Shown one piece after another: positions 1 through 11,589 of a DNA stretch of 64,000 nt. The position numbers and the translations under genes were made by a program. A model generated the notes under the pieces. That model did not search any database. It was not told the origin of the DNA and worked only from the letters and a program-made list of their open reading frames with translations. Source of the stretch: Octopus sinensis (taxonomy: Eukaryota); NCBI RefSeq assembly GCF_006345805.1, contig NW_021835962.1:124001-188000 (forward strand), given 5' to 3'. The first letter of the stretch is position 1. Each line of letters begins with the position of its first letter.

Positions 1-295
1 AGATTCTCAAGTACGGCCACCTTCCCAACTCGCTGTTCTTTACTCCAATTGCCGTGGAGTTTTCCGGGATTTTCGGCCCCAAGACACTCCGCTTCCTTCG
101 CTCGCTCGGCCGACGGATTTCAAGGACTAGCCACGATCCAAGAGAGTATTCTTGGCTTCTGGAACGTCTGTCGTTTGCTGTGATCCGAGGGAACGGCTTC
201 GCCATTCGAGAGGCTGGCCGGGTGTCTCGTGAGGCCAGTAATTAGTTTAGCTATCTTTTCACTTCCATTCACTTTAATTCTTTAATTAAAAAAAA
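1..295 (+). mobile_element. 3' end of a CRE-clade non-LTR retrotransposon (restriction-like endonuclease C-terminus, short 3' UTR, A8 tail)
   Basis: Translation KYGHL..FTPIAVEFSGIFGP..DPREYSWLLERLSFAVIRGN is homologous to the C-termini of the ORFs at 1570 and 26637. Stop at 243-245, then TTAATT plus A8 at 288-295. Confidence 0.9.
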
Positions 296-1522
296 TATAA
301 TTGATTTGAAGTTTGAAAAATAAACTTATGATTCAACTTTCTTAGCACACTTTCAATGCCAATTTAATTTTTTGGTGTTAAAAATAGAGGCTTTTCTCTT
401 TTATGCTCCGCAACCACTGAGGATCGCATTTTTATCTCCATTTTTGTATATCCCCTTGCATTTTTATTGCTTTCTACAGTAGTAGGAAAGCAGGGTTTAT
501 GGCTAGATATCCATATGGCCATTCAGCCATTAACAGATAACTAAAGCTAATCAATGCCAGATTTAGTCTGCTCCGATATTTTAATTAATTCGTCAATCAT
601 TAGCTAATTCTAGCAAATAAGCTGTTTTTATGTTAATTCAGATCATTTGAATGTTTTTATATCTCTGTTTAACATTTTCCCATATCTCAGTAAACGTTTG
701 ATTCTGCTCTTATATTAGAATAAACGTGTTTTTTCTATATTCACCGTTTGTGACAGATACTTTCTATTCAGATCTACTGACCACCTACGTCAACGTATAA
801 TCATACTAAATAAAAAAGCACTTCGTTTTTTATCATTGTCATCAAGGGACTACAAGGAGGTTGAAGAGCCCAATGATCACGAGTCTGATATTAGACAACA
901 TCTGACTTTTTTCCAGTTGATTTTTAATTAATATTATTTTATATTTAATTTTAAACATCCAATATTGTATTTAATCTAGCAAAATATATTTTTAGAAAAA
1001 GAATTTTTCAAAGTAAACAAATTCCGAGATTCATTATTATTCATGCGTTGTGTTAAAAGCAAAAAAAATTTCAGTTTTAATGGAAATTCGCCACAATTTT
1101 TCAAAATTCAAAATTAAAATTTTGGTTATCAATATGCATTGTCGCAGTAAATAGAGGTACCGGGATTCAAAATTCAAAATTATTAATTCAAAAATTGGTA
1201 AATAATACGTTTTTTAAAAAAGGCCCACCGTCGTTTTAGTATTATAGTAAATATAGTGCGACCTCGATTCGGGGAAAACCAAGTAGCGGAAAAACCTCTT
1301 TTTTGCTTTTGAAAAAATATTTTCCCCATCTCTATTAAATACGATGATTTTTAATGAAATAGACCTAAGGGGAAAATTTTTGTATTATCATAAACGATTT
1401 ATTGAGATATTTCTAAAATTTTTTATTTATTATTATTTATTGTAACTTGTTTTTTCATATCAGTAATTAATAATTTAAAAATTTTTTTAACCTGGTAATT
1501 TAGTTAGTTAACTAATTTTTTT
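296..1522 (+). repeat. Dispersed AT-rich repeat Rep-A, longest copy
   Basis: 543-1522 is nearly identical to 40614-41629. 296-540 is homologous to 25910-26160, 29750-29860, 42150-42360 and 43960-44204. Confidence 0.9.
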
Positions 1523-4500
1523 AATGTGATTAACGTTGTGTGCTGTGGTGTGATTAACGGAAACCTCAGATGGTAAATAAAGAACGAAGCGAAGACGAAG
1601 TACGAGGAACAAAGCCACTGAGGACAACTCGGGCATGTCTCTTTTGTGGGCAGTCGAATATCAGGAAATTTGGAATTAACTGCACGCCATGTGAATCATT
1701 CGCCCATTTGGGCTGCATAAAAATGAGCAAAGCCTGCGCCGAGACGCTGTCAAGCTGGCAGTGCCCCCCTTGTATTGGAAACGAGGTCCCCAGGCGGGAA
1801 ACAACAGCTCAGCCAAACTTTACATCACCACATACTGACCACATTCTCTTGAAGATCTCGAACCTCCGGAAAGCCAGGAAAATCCCAGTAAAAATCCCAA
1901 AAGGAGCACGTATTGCCGCAGCAACGTGCCTTTCAGACCTCATTGACAACGCACTGTCCTCTGACAGCTGGGAATCCTGGCTAAAACTTATATGCTTCGC
2001 ACCTGTTGCACTCGGAACACCTACAACGGAATCTGATAACCAGAGTAAAGAAACAAACCCCCGGCTAAACTTAACCGGGAAACTGAAAGGGAGAATATTG
2101 AATTTCGGCAGTCATAGCATACACGCAATACTTGAACAGCCACTTATTGCCAATGCGGTCAAAACCAGAGGAGCATTCACCAAAGATGCCCCCAACAAAC
2201 TGAAGGAGCGAGTGAATCGGAAACTTCTGGAGGGCGATGTGCGGGCAGCCCTACGGGTTATCACGTCCGATGACACCGTGCTGTCTAGCACCCCCGAGGT
2301 CCTGAATACCTTAACTCAGAAGCACCCAAGTGCACCGAGTGATTATGTAAAGTTCTCGAATCCTGAAGGAACCCAAGAGATTATGATTACCGAATCAGAA
2401 GTGCGGCGCGGAATCGCTTCTTTTGCCGCCAGCAGCAGCGGAGGCTTGGATGGGTTACGCCCCGGCCATATCAAGGACCTAACGTCCACCTACACCTCGG
2501 AAGCAGGACGCTGTCTTGTTAAATCGATCACGGACCTAATAAGGAAAATGGTGAATGGCGACATCCCGGAGTATGCCAGAGAATTGCTCTTCTCCGCAAG
2601 GCTACTCGCGTTCAAAAAACCCAACGGAGGAATCCGCCCCATTGCGGTCGGAAACTATTTCAGAAGACTCGCAGCGAAGATTGCTTCGACCCTCGTGAGC
2701 CGCCCACTCGGTGCGGAGTTCTTCCCAGAACAAATGGGTGTTAGTATCCAGAACGGATGTGAGGCAGCGGTTCATGCAGCAAGGCGTTTCTTCACACAGA
2801 AGAATACTGCAAACGAATGCATTGGAATCAAATTGGACATAACCAATGCATTCAATTCTCTCAGAAGAGACTCCATTATGGAAACGTGTTGGAAGAGGGC
2901 TCCCATACTTTTCCCTCTTGTTAAATTGTCATACGGAGAAGATACGTCTCTGGTTTTTGATGATGAAATCATTAAATCAAAAACTGGTGTCCAGCAGGGA
3001 GATCCGCTCGGACCCCTCTTATTTGCCCTGACAATTGATGATGTTGTGAGATCAATTGACGCACAACTAAATCTCTGGTATCTCGACGATGCCACAATTG
3101 GAGGATCATTCGAGGAAACATACAACTCTTTACGTCAAGCACTTCCCGCATTAAAACACTTGGGATTGGACATCAATATTAACAAATCAGAGTTAATAAA
3201 TGTCTCATACTCAAACACCGACTTTCTCTCTATCAAGGAGTTTTTCAACGAACTGCTTCCCGGGATCCCGACTGTGCCAGTTGATAAACTATATTTCCTT
3301 GGATGTCCACTCAGTGAAGACGAACTCAGGAACCATCTACTTTCTAAAAATGAAGAATTATCTCGCCTCGCAAATAGATTGTCATGCCTCGACTCTCACA
3401 CATCCTTCTTCCTGATGAGAAACAACATCGGACTACCCAAGCTTTTATACCTACTGCGAAGTTCACCCTGCCACGAACATTACGACAGTCTACTTTCGAT
3501 AGACAAATCTCTCAAACAAACTGTTGAGTCACTAATCAACGTCCGCTTCGACGAACTCGGTTGGAAGCAATGTAAGCTTCCCTCTGGATTTGGGGGTGTC
3601 GGTCTAAGATCGGCGCTGGAGGTCGCGTACCCGGCATATCTTTCGTCTCTCTCAAGCTGCAACCATTTGACACGGCAAGTCCTTCGTCACACTATTGGAC
3701 TTCGCTGGAATGAGTCATTTGATGAAGCTTGCCGGGATTGGAACGGGTCAGGACTCAAAATCCCCGAAGACACAACGAAACAAAGGAACTGGGATAACAT
3801 TGTCTGCTCCAAAATTTCAGAAGGGCTTAAAAAAGAAGCAAATCAACATCGCCTTGCTTGCCTGGTGTCAGCCTCAAGTGGAGGGAGCGGAGCATGGCTT
3901 GGTGCAATCCCTTGCCCAAATCTCGGGACTTTTTTGGACGACGATTCTTTGAGGATTGGAATCGGACAAAGACTTGGACTAGACGTTTGCCAGGAGCACC
4001 GATGCCGCTGCGGGAAAACGGTCGATGCGAAGGGATTGCACCCGCTATCCTGCAGGAGATCCGCCGGAAGAGGACCACGTCACGCCGCTCTGAACGACGT
4101 GATCGTCAGAGCTCTGAAGGCTGCAGGCTTCCCAGCACAGCTTGAACCAGTGGGTCTCGATCGAGGTGATGGAAAGAGACCTGACGGGATGACTCTTTTC
4201 CCTTTCAACTCCGGACGATCTTTGGTCTGGGACACAACTTGCGTCGATACTTACTCAAGCACGAATCTCCTTAAATCGGTTCAGACACCTGGAGCAGCTG
4301 CCTCAATCGCGGAAAACCTTAAAACCAAAAAATATTCCTTCCTCGGGGACCGCTACAGATTCACCCCTGTTGCGGCTGAGTCATCAGGAGCTGTTGGCCC
4401 AGCGACTGCCGAGTTCTTGCGCGAACTCGGAAGAATGCTCGCCACAAAGAAAAATGATCCTCGTGAAGGAGTATGGCTAAGACAAAGGATCGGAATAGCC

Positions 4501-4610
4501 ATACTCCGAGGGAACTCGCTTTCCATACAGGCAGCGGGCTTCCTCAATTGATTTCTCAAATCAATCTCTTCTCTGAATTTATTAACTGACATTATTAATA
4601 ATTAAAAAAA
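1523..4610 (+). mobile_element. Full-length CRE-clade non-LTR retrotransposon (CRE1)
   Basis: Single ORF 1570-4551. The 5' boundary is set by where homology to the second Rep-A copy stops (T7 at 1516-1522 vs 41623-41629). The 3' end is TAATT plus A7 at 4604-4610, the same ending as the element at 1-295. Confidence 0.9.
1570..4551 (+). CDS. 993-aa PHD finger - reverse transcriptase - CCHC - restriction-like endonuclease protein
   Basis: C4HC3 PHD (CLFC..CTPC..H..C..WQCPPC). RT motifs RPIAVG, KLDITNAFNS, GVQQGDPLGPLLF, WYLDD. LPSGFGGVG, CRCG..H..C zinc knuckle, RHAALND..EP.GL.RGDGKRPDG..WDTT endonuclease. Confidence 0.95.
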   Translation: MVNKERSEDEVRGTKPLRTTRACLFCGQSNIRKFGINCTPCESFAHLGCIKMSKACAETLSSWQCPPCIGNEVPRRETTAQPNFTSPHTDHILLKISNLRKARKIPVKIPKGARIAAATCLSDLIDNALSSDSWESWLKLICFAPVALGTPTTESDNQSKETNPRLNLTGKLKGRILNFGSHSIHAILEQPLIANAVKTRGAFTKDAPNKLKERVNRKLLEGDVRAALRVITSDDTVLSSTPEVLNTLTQKHPSAPSDYVKFSNPEGTQEIMITESEVRRGIASFAASSSGGLDGLRPGHIKDLTSTYTSEAGRCLVKSITDLIRKMVNGDIPEYARELLFSARLLAFKKPNGGIRPIAVGNYFRRLAAKIASTLVSRPLGAEFFPEQMGVSIQNGCEAAVHAARRFFTQKNTANECIGIKLDITNAFNSLRRDSIMETCWKRAPILFPLVKLSYGEDTSLVFDDEIIKSKTGVQQGDPLGPLLFALTIDDVVRSIDAQLNLWYLDDATIGGSFEETYNSLRQALPALKHLGLDININKSELINVSYSNTDFLSIKEFFNELLPGIPTVPVDKLYFLGCPLSEDELRNHLLSKNEELSRLANRLSCLDSHTSFFLMRNNIGLPKLLYLLRSSPCHEHYDSLLSIDKSLKQTVESLINVRFDELGWKQCKLPSGFGGVGLRSALEVAYPAYLSSLSSCNHLTRQVLRHTIGLRWNESFDEACRDWNGSGLKIPEDTTKQRNWDNIVCSKISEGLKKEANQHRLACLVSASSGGSGAWLGAIPCPNLGTFLDDDSLRIGIGQRLGLDVCQEHRCRCGKTVDAKGLHPLSCRRSAGRGPRHAALNDVIVRALKAAGFPAQLEPVGLDRGDGKRPDGMTLFPFNSGRSLVWDTTCVDTYSSTNLLKSVQTPGAAASIAENLKTKKYSFLGDRYRFTPVAAESSGAVGPATAEFLRELGRMLATKKNDPREGVWLRQRIGIAILRGNSLSIQAAGFLN

Positions 4611-5086
4611 CTATTTATAATTATGTATTTATTAATAAAATATAATTTTATTTACTTATAATTTCATTCCCTACAATTTTATAGTGCCCCAAAATTTCCG
4701 TACTTTTTATCGATTTTTCATTTTACTCTGCCAAAATGTTGGCCAAAAAAGTGCCCCAAAATCCGAGGGTGCTCCACCCCTGTGGTTTGCCCCAATTCGG
4801 GGTCGGACTGTAGCGATTTTGACACAATTGTTATTTTATAAATAGAAGGAGGTAGTTTATCGAAGAAATATTTGTTTTAGATTAACCTCCTTGAATTGTA
4901 AGCCGAACCGACTAAGGAGAAGAGTACGCTTCTTAAAGATTTTTAAAAAGCTCGATTTTTTAGGCAGAAGTATTAAAACTGAACCAATCAATTAAAGTAT
5001 TTGAGAACACCAATTAGTTGAAATGTCTAATCAATTCGCACGAGCCACAGCCCACTTAAAGAATATTTCCGCAATTAAAAAACTAA

Positions 5087-5574
5087 ATGATTGAAGAAAA
5101 TTTGAAAGTCCGGGAAATAAAGAACAGTACAAATGAGTTCTAATCAAGCAGTAGATTCCCCAACTCTAAAAAACTATGAATGGCTGGTTGGGGATATTGG
5201 ATGTGATGAGAGTGATGAGGAGTCAATATCTGACCGAGTGACATTGGGTTATTATTATTACGAAGAGCATCAGGCGGTTGTAATTTTAAAATGATTGTTA
5301 GCACATGTCTTGCTGGTTATTTTCTGATACAAGGGCGGTCATTAAGCAAGTGAAATATCACCATTCTTTGTCAAAAAGATTTGTTTATTTTGATGATTAA
5401 ATTAATGAGGGGATGTATGAGGTGTTGTTGAGAAGTTTAATTCGCAAATTTACAAAGGAAAAAGTTCAGCAAATCGTGTTGGACTGCACGAGCGGCTTGA
5501 TCCCAATAATGACCAGAATGGGTTTTGTTTACAGTGGTAAAATGAGAAAAAGTGTTTATTATGATTATTTATAA
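5087..5574 (+). CDS. Small GNAT-fold acetyltransferase-like protein (about 137 aa) with three micro-introns
   Basis: Removing GT-AG introns 5127-5151 (or to 5154), 5280-5301 (or from 5277) and 5383-5409 gives one open frame: MIEENLKVREIKN..AVIKQVKYHHSLSKRFGMYEVLLRSLIRKFTKEKVQQIVLDCTSGLIPIMTRMGF. This resembles GNAT motifs A and B. Absent from the ORF track. Confidence 0.55.
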
Positions 5575-5929
5575 CAGGGTTCCATGACAGAACGAACTAT
5601 ATGTATGAATTTATCCTTCAATGTTAATAAACTAATATTATTAATTTTTGTTTTTGACCCAAGCCAAATAAAAAATTTTCTAAATAAACTTTCTTATTGT
5701 CATTTTTTATACAATCCATTTGCTATTTTGAATGAAACACAAATAAACCACTGAGTTTGAAAAGTAAAGCCTCAGTACTGGGAACAAGTTTGTTACTTTT
5801 GACAATATTCATAGCTATTAATCAATACGTCAAATCTGTATATCTTTGAAATTGAACGTTTCATTTACTGAGGTAGTTATTTAACAGAAAAAATGATTAA
5901 TTTAGCAGAATTTAACAGAAAAATGTATA

Positions 5930-7600
5930 CAGTGAACCCTCGCAAATTGGCCATTTTTGGTACATACAAATTTTATGGCCAATTTGAAACAAAATCAATA
6001 CCTACAAATATAATAAACACGTTTAAATTTTATTAAAAAAATTCAATCCCTAATTCCTTTTTATTGACTCTTTTTAACTTTGCTTTGTAATTTCTTAAAT
6101 GAGCGAAACATCATTCTCATTTTCTGCATTACAGTAAAGTTCCCTTTTTATTTCAGTTAATCTTCTTGCAATATCCTTTCTATTGAGTGGATATATGATT
6201 TTTGTCTCTTCGTCGCTACCTTCAAACTCTTGATCTTCTTTTAAACAATTTTTGTTTATATCTTGATCTATGCATTCGATATCTAAAAAATCTTCACTCA
6301 TTAAAAGATCGAAAATATCAGTTCTTTCAATTTCAGTGTCATAATGTTTAATTTATTAAATTTATTTAAAATCTTAAAACAATTTTGAATGGTTTCAGTA
6401 TATACGTCACCCCAACCCATAATAACAAACAAAATTGCATCTTTTCATGTCAATTTTTTGTATGAATTGTATAAAGAAATATTTTCAGCCTCCACCAAGT
6501 CAATTAAGTACTGGAGCTTTCTTCTCATGAAATGAGTCTTGAAAGTTTTTATAATTCCAATATCCATTGGTTGTAGTAATCCAGTAGAATTTTTAGGAAA
6601 AAATAAAATCTAAATACAATCCAAGTTTTGAGGAATAGAATGTGCAGGACAGTGGTCTATTAGCAATAAAATTTTCTTCTTTTCAATTTTAAGCTGAAGA
6701 TCAAAGCTAATAATCCAATCAATAAAAATAGATCCAGTCATCCAAGTTTTCTGCGAGCTATAATATGAAACAAGACATCCATAGTCAAAATTTCTAAAAC
6801 ATCTAGGCATTTTCGGTTTTCCGATCATCACAGGTTTCAATTCATGACTTCCGGTCATGTTTGAGCAAAGCATAATAGACACAAGGTCTTTAAAATTATT
6901 GTATCCTTGGAATCGGTTTCTGCTTTTCGATGGAATAAGCTTGTAGTATAATGCAATTTCATCTAAATTATAACTTAGATCAGGCTTATACAGTTTAGAA
7001 ATTTCTTTGAATTCTTCACGAAAGGAATTAATGTCAACTTCTCTATCAGTTCACATCTCTCCGTGTAATTTTGGCATTCTAAAACCGTCTCTTTTTGAAT
7101 TTTGCCAAATATCCATTAGAATTTTTAAGTTACTAAGTTGTAACTCTTCGGTAAAATGCGCAGCCTTACACGATATTAAGGAATTATTCAAAAAACAACC
7201 TATAAATTAGTTTTCAATTAATACCTTTAGACTCTATTGTATCCATTCGATCAATTTTTCTTCACGCGTAGGAAATTTTGGCAGCTTTAAACGAATTTTG
7301 ATAGATTTTCGAATCCCGTAAAATAGAGTTTTTATTAAGCAGTAGATTATTTATCGTCTTTCTCGAGATCGTCTTGCGGAATAAATGTGAAAATCTGTTA
7401 GCCATAAGCTGACACGAAACACTGTCATTTTCTTCCTTGTAGTTTATAATTTGTGTTTTATAAAGAAAATTCAGCCGAGTATAACGTCCACGAGAAATTT
7501 TATCAGACATGTGATTAAAAAAATAATCTATTTTCTAATTTTTATAAATAAAAAAATTAATTCAAAAATTGTGGCCAATTTGAGAATTGGCCAATTTACT
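5930..7600 (-). mobile_element. Degenerate pogo/Tigger DNA transposon (CENP-B HTH + DDE_1 transposase)
   Basis: TA followed by TIR CAGTGAACCCTCGCAAATTGGCCA at 5930. Transposase pieces 7262-7510, 6610-6882 (MLCSNMTGSHELKP..KTWMTG..LLLIDHCPAH) and 6095-6301, with frameshifts. 25-nt intron at 7200-7224. No outer TIR found at the other end. Confidence 0.88.
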
Positions 7601-8167
7601 TAGAAAATTGATTTTTTTCTTAGTTTAGTCAACGGTGTATTTAATTTTGGTGTATAAAAATAATAAAGGTATGTGGAGTACCTGCCATAATCACTCCGAA
7701 GGCTTCTTAATTGAATTAATTTAATAAAATACTTATCATTTGTTAGTTGTTTACAATCACTGTAGGTTATTTACTAAATTACTTTGTATTAAATCATAAT
7801 ATTAACGGAGATTTCCGGTTATCCAAAAATCTGCCAACATAATCAAACTCTCCATTCAACTTTGTAAAACCAACCACTCGGGTTCAGAAGTTAGGGTTCA
7901 GTTTGGTATTATTATCATGGCACTTTCACGAAAGCCAAAATGTTTATAGCTCCACACGTGCAAAGTTCAAAGAAACAATATTTATAGTTAGTTTTTTCCA
8001 TCTTCCTCCATCGAATGAAAGTGATCTCAACTTCTCCAGGGTGTCCCCCGTCTTTAGATTTTTTTCTCACGCGATTTAGATCTTTACGACAGTCAGAAGT
8101 GTCGATCTAAGTAGTCGCGAAAAAATTTGTCAAATTCTTAGTCCAAATAGCCTACATTGGCCATATA

Positions 8168-8950
8168 TCATATTATTGCTGATGTAAAACACATAAAGTT
8201 GTTGTGGATACTGGTAGTTGATATTCTACGTGACCACTCCATTCCGAGTAACCTCCTTAGTTGCCTTCTATGGAACGAATTCAGTTTCAATAGTTTGTTA
8301 AGGGACTCCCCGATGTCCCAAGGTTGTACAGTAAAATCGGTTTCACAAACGCGTTGTAAAGCCTGCATCCTGTGTAAATTCCAAGTGCCTTGGCTCTTAA
8401 CCATCCTTTCTTCAGTTTAGCCACTTCCGCATTTGCCAGTGTTTTCCTCCTTCGTAACGCATCAAAGAGCGACCGTGTTGAGATTATATCTATCCAGAGT
8501 CAATAAACAGACAGAAACTGATAAATGTGCTTGAGCAAATATTTAATGAATCGTCGGTTAGGATAATCAGAAATATATTTGTGTACACAAGACTATCTAT
8601 GTGGACAGAAGGATCAACTTTCCGCAGTTTCAAAACAACAATTGGGATACCGCAGGATGATTCCCTCACCACTTTACTATTCACCATATATTTTGAATCA
8701 GCACCCCGCGACCTCCGTAAGGCATTTTATGCAGATGATGTGGATTTCGTATCACGGGAAGTGATCGCACTCCAACACCCACTAGAAAATGCACCTGCAG
8801 AGGTCGATAAATAGTTTTTCAGCGTAAATGTAAACGTAAAATATAGAAATTAAAAAAGAAGAGAATATTACTCATGAAAGATGGAGATGTCTAATAAGCT
8901 TGGCTATCTACTAGGAGACACTGAAAATGTTCAGTTAAGTAAAACTTGAA
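8168..8950. mobile_element. Rearranged RTE-like LINE fragments
   Basis: Plus-strand RT piece GIPQDDSLTTLLFTIY..FYADDVDF followed by NKLGYLLGD. A minus-strand piece, LNSFHRRQLRRLLGMEW, is typical of post-RT regions. Confidence 0.65.
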
Positions 8951-9459
8951 ATTAGTAATCACTCAAACTTATTTTGGCAAGGATTTGATTTCCTGACAAA
9001 CTCTATGACAGTATATCTTATGTCCATATTGTTTCCCTCAAATTCGGCGATGATTTCTGCAACCAATATTCTCGCCCTACACGGCATGATTTCTGTTGAA
9101 TGACCGAATTGTCGCTCTCACGGCATAATGGCCAATATGTTTACTTGAATTATGTAGTTCTATTTGGGATATCACACATCACCGGCAAGTCACAACCCGT
9201 CAATTCTTTTACTGAAGACGTTTAGTTAAACAAAGCACGTCTGATAGTCACATTCTCTGGTTAGCTGTCATAACTTTAAAGGATTGTCGACGGCCTTTAA
9301 ATGGAATTGGTTCGCACAAATTTTTCCAATTAACATTGCCCGCGGACAAATTTACTAAAGTATTTATACATACATTTTATCTATTATTAAAAATTAAATA
9401 AATTTTTAAAAGTTTTAGTAATTTTGTTTGGTGAATTTGAATCTTGAATTATCCGAAAA

Positions 9460-10630
9460 GAATTAAAGATGTCCAAGTCCCCACGTTTAATCCAGATTGG
9501 ACTCATGAATATTTAGGATAATGAAAAACCTATATGTTTAATATGCTTCGAAAAAGTTGCTGTCCAAAACTTTATAACATTTAGCAATATTATGAATCTC
9601 TTCATTACGAAAAATTTAACAAGTTTACAGGAGAATTTTGCATAAAAGAAATTAAGAGTTTTGAACAAAATTACCAAAAGCAAACAACATTTTTTATAAT
9701 TTGAGGTGTAAAAAAGATGATATCACAAGCACAAATTACGATTCTATTGACGTGACCCTACGCAAAAAGGAATTCAGAGTTTTTAAACGTATCAGTCAGT
9801 TGGACTTACATACAGCATTACTTCTTCTACGGAATTGCTTTTCAATCCAAAAGCTCTCTTATTTGCTATGCTCTTCTCCGTGCTTTGCTTTTCCAGGGAG
9901 ACTATGCAATTCCCCCTGGAACAGGCGCAACCCTCCCGTTATTTTTTGGGGGTGTTGGCATCCGCTCATGTTCAGACTTATCGGTCCCTGCTTTTGTCTC
10001 GTCCGTCTCCTCGAGCCAAACACTTATCATGGAAATTCTACGCTCCTTTTCTGAATTTTCCTTGGACACAAATGTGGCTCATTTCAGCGAAGTCTGGAGG
10101 GAACAAGGTCTTGACTCTCCGGAAGATCGAATGTCTCAACGAGCCTGGGATCAAATTAGATGCAAGCAAACTTTCAATCTGCTGCTCGAGTCGTCCAACC
10201 AACACCGCCGCGCTTGCCTTCTGTCGGCAGCATCCCCGGCTAGTGGAGCTTGGCTTTGTGCATTCCCGAACGCCCCATCTGGCACTCTCCTTGACAATGA
10301 ATCGGTAAAGATCGGAATCTCTCTGCGCCCCGGGTTCCTCCGCAAGCTCGGGCCAAAATTTCCATGCGCACTCACGATCCTTGGGAGGTGGACTGGCTTC
10401 TTCAGTGGTTCTCGATCGCCGTTATCCGGGGGAACAGTTTGGCGATCCGCCAGGCTGCTGGCCTTCCCTTTGATTACGAAATATTAAAGATAATTGCGAA
10501 ACGAATGAAAACATTTTCAGACGGAGAATTTATTAAAGAATGTTTAATGACAGTAGCTGAAAATCTATTACCGTAAAAAAACATTTTTGAATCTATCTGT
10601 TTATCGCTAAGAACGGTGACAAGAAGAGTT
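9460..10630 (+). mobile_element. hAT (GTF2IRD2/SPIN-like) transposase N-terminal remnant, interrupted by a CRE fragment
   Basis: KPICLIC at about 9530. Removing 9742-10479 joins ITSTNYEILKIIAKRMKTFSDGEFIKECL, followed by SLRTVTRRV. Confidence 0.75.
9742..10472 (+). mobile_element. 5'-truncated, internally deleted CRE fragment with 7-bp target-site duplication
   Basis: LHTALLLLRNCFSIQKLSYLL, GGVGIRS, SGAWLCAFP..GTLLDNESVKIGISLR, then a jump to FLRKLG..RFSIAVIRGNS. Flanked by ATTACGA at 9735-9741 and 10473-10479. Confidence 0.85.
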
Positions 10631-11589
10631 TTTTCGAATTACAATTAATATTTTGAAATTTTTGTTTTTAGTAGACATAACATCACATATAAATGACATA
10701 AATCCGACTGATGTTCCGGCCCCTCCCATTTTACATTAAATTGTTCAGAAAATATTTTTTTGAGAATGTGGTTCTAATTATCATTGAAGAAGGACTAAGC
10801 TCGCCATAGCACGTGTCAACCAATTTCCACATTAAAATGATAGGACTTTCTTATTCCTTTAAAAATTTCATAACTTGAGTAATTTCTTTAACATCTAAAA
10901 ATAGACTTTCTTTTTTATAAATATTTTATTTTTCTTTAAAAGTTCTTTACACCTTTTCTTTATGATTATGGCAGAGAGAGAATTTAACATGATGTTAAAT
11001 CCTTTTAAAAGCCGGCATTGAAGCTTGTTTTCTTATGAATGATTGAAAAATGTTTTAAATAATCCAATTGAATCACAAAAGCTTGAATATAGAAAAAATC
11101 AGGAAAATGTTAACAAGTCCTCGATCAGTCGTCATTTTTGTCTCCTTCCAAACCACGCCAGAGTTTCCCCAATTCCCAGGTGACTCCTTAATCTATAATA
11201 TAAAACCACCAAAGTACGTGGCAACACTTTTTTCTTGGCATTAAGCTGAACCGGATCTTTCTAATGGAGAATCCATTAAAGTAGACGGAATCCGCTCTGC
11301 GACTGTTCAGACACAAACAGCGACCCAGCTTTGCAAATATCAGCACAAACCAGACGTCTACCTCTTCTCAGAATTATCAGCCTTTCCATGTCAATCATTC
11401 ACTCATACATAATCCCACGAAAATTTACTACTTTCAAATTCATTAACTGCAAAAAATATTTTCCCGCATTCATCTTCAGTGGCCTAATCCGACAACAATA
11501 AATAAATCGTAAAAAATTTTCCCAACACGGAAATCACCGAAGTTTGGGTTGGAAACAACTGTTTTACAAGAAAAGTCACCACAAGTACT

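Noticed and set aside
11192-11230. Helitron-like 5' start A^TCTATAATATAAAA
   Set aside because: No matching hairpin-CTRR end or Rep/helicase sequence downstream. AT-rich chance match.
10900-11500. Possible minus-strand kinase remnant (GNSGVVWK, LDYLKHFSIIHK)
   Set aside because: I could not build a consistent spliced frame, and the HRD/DFG motifs are absent.
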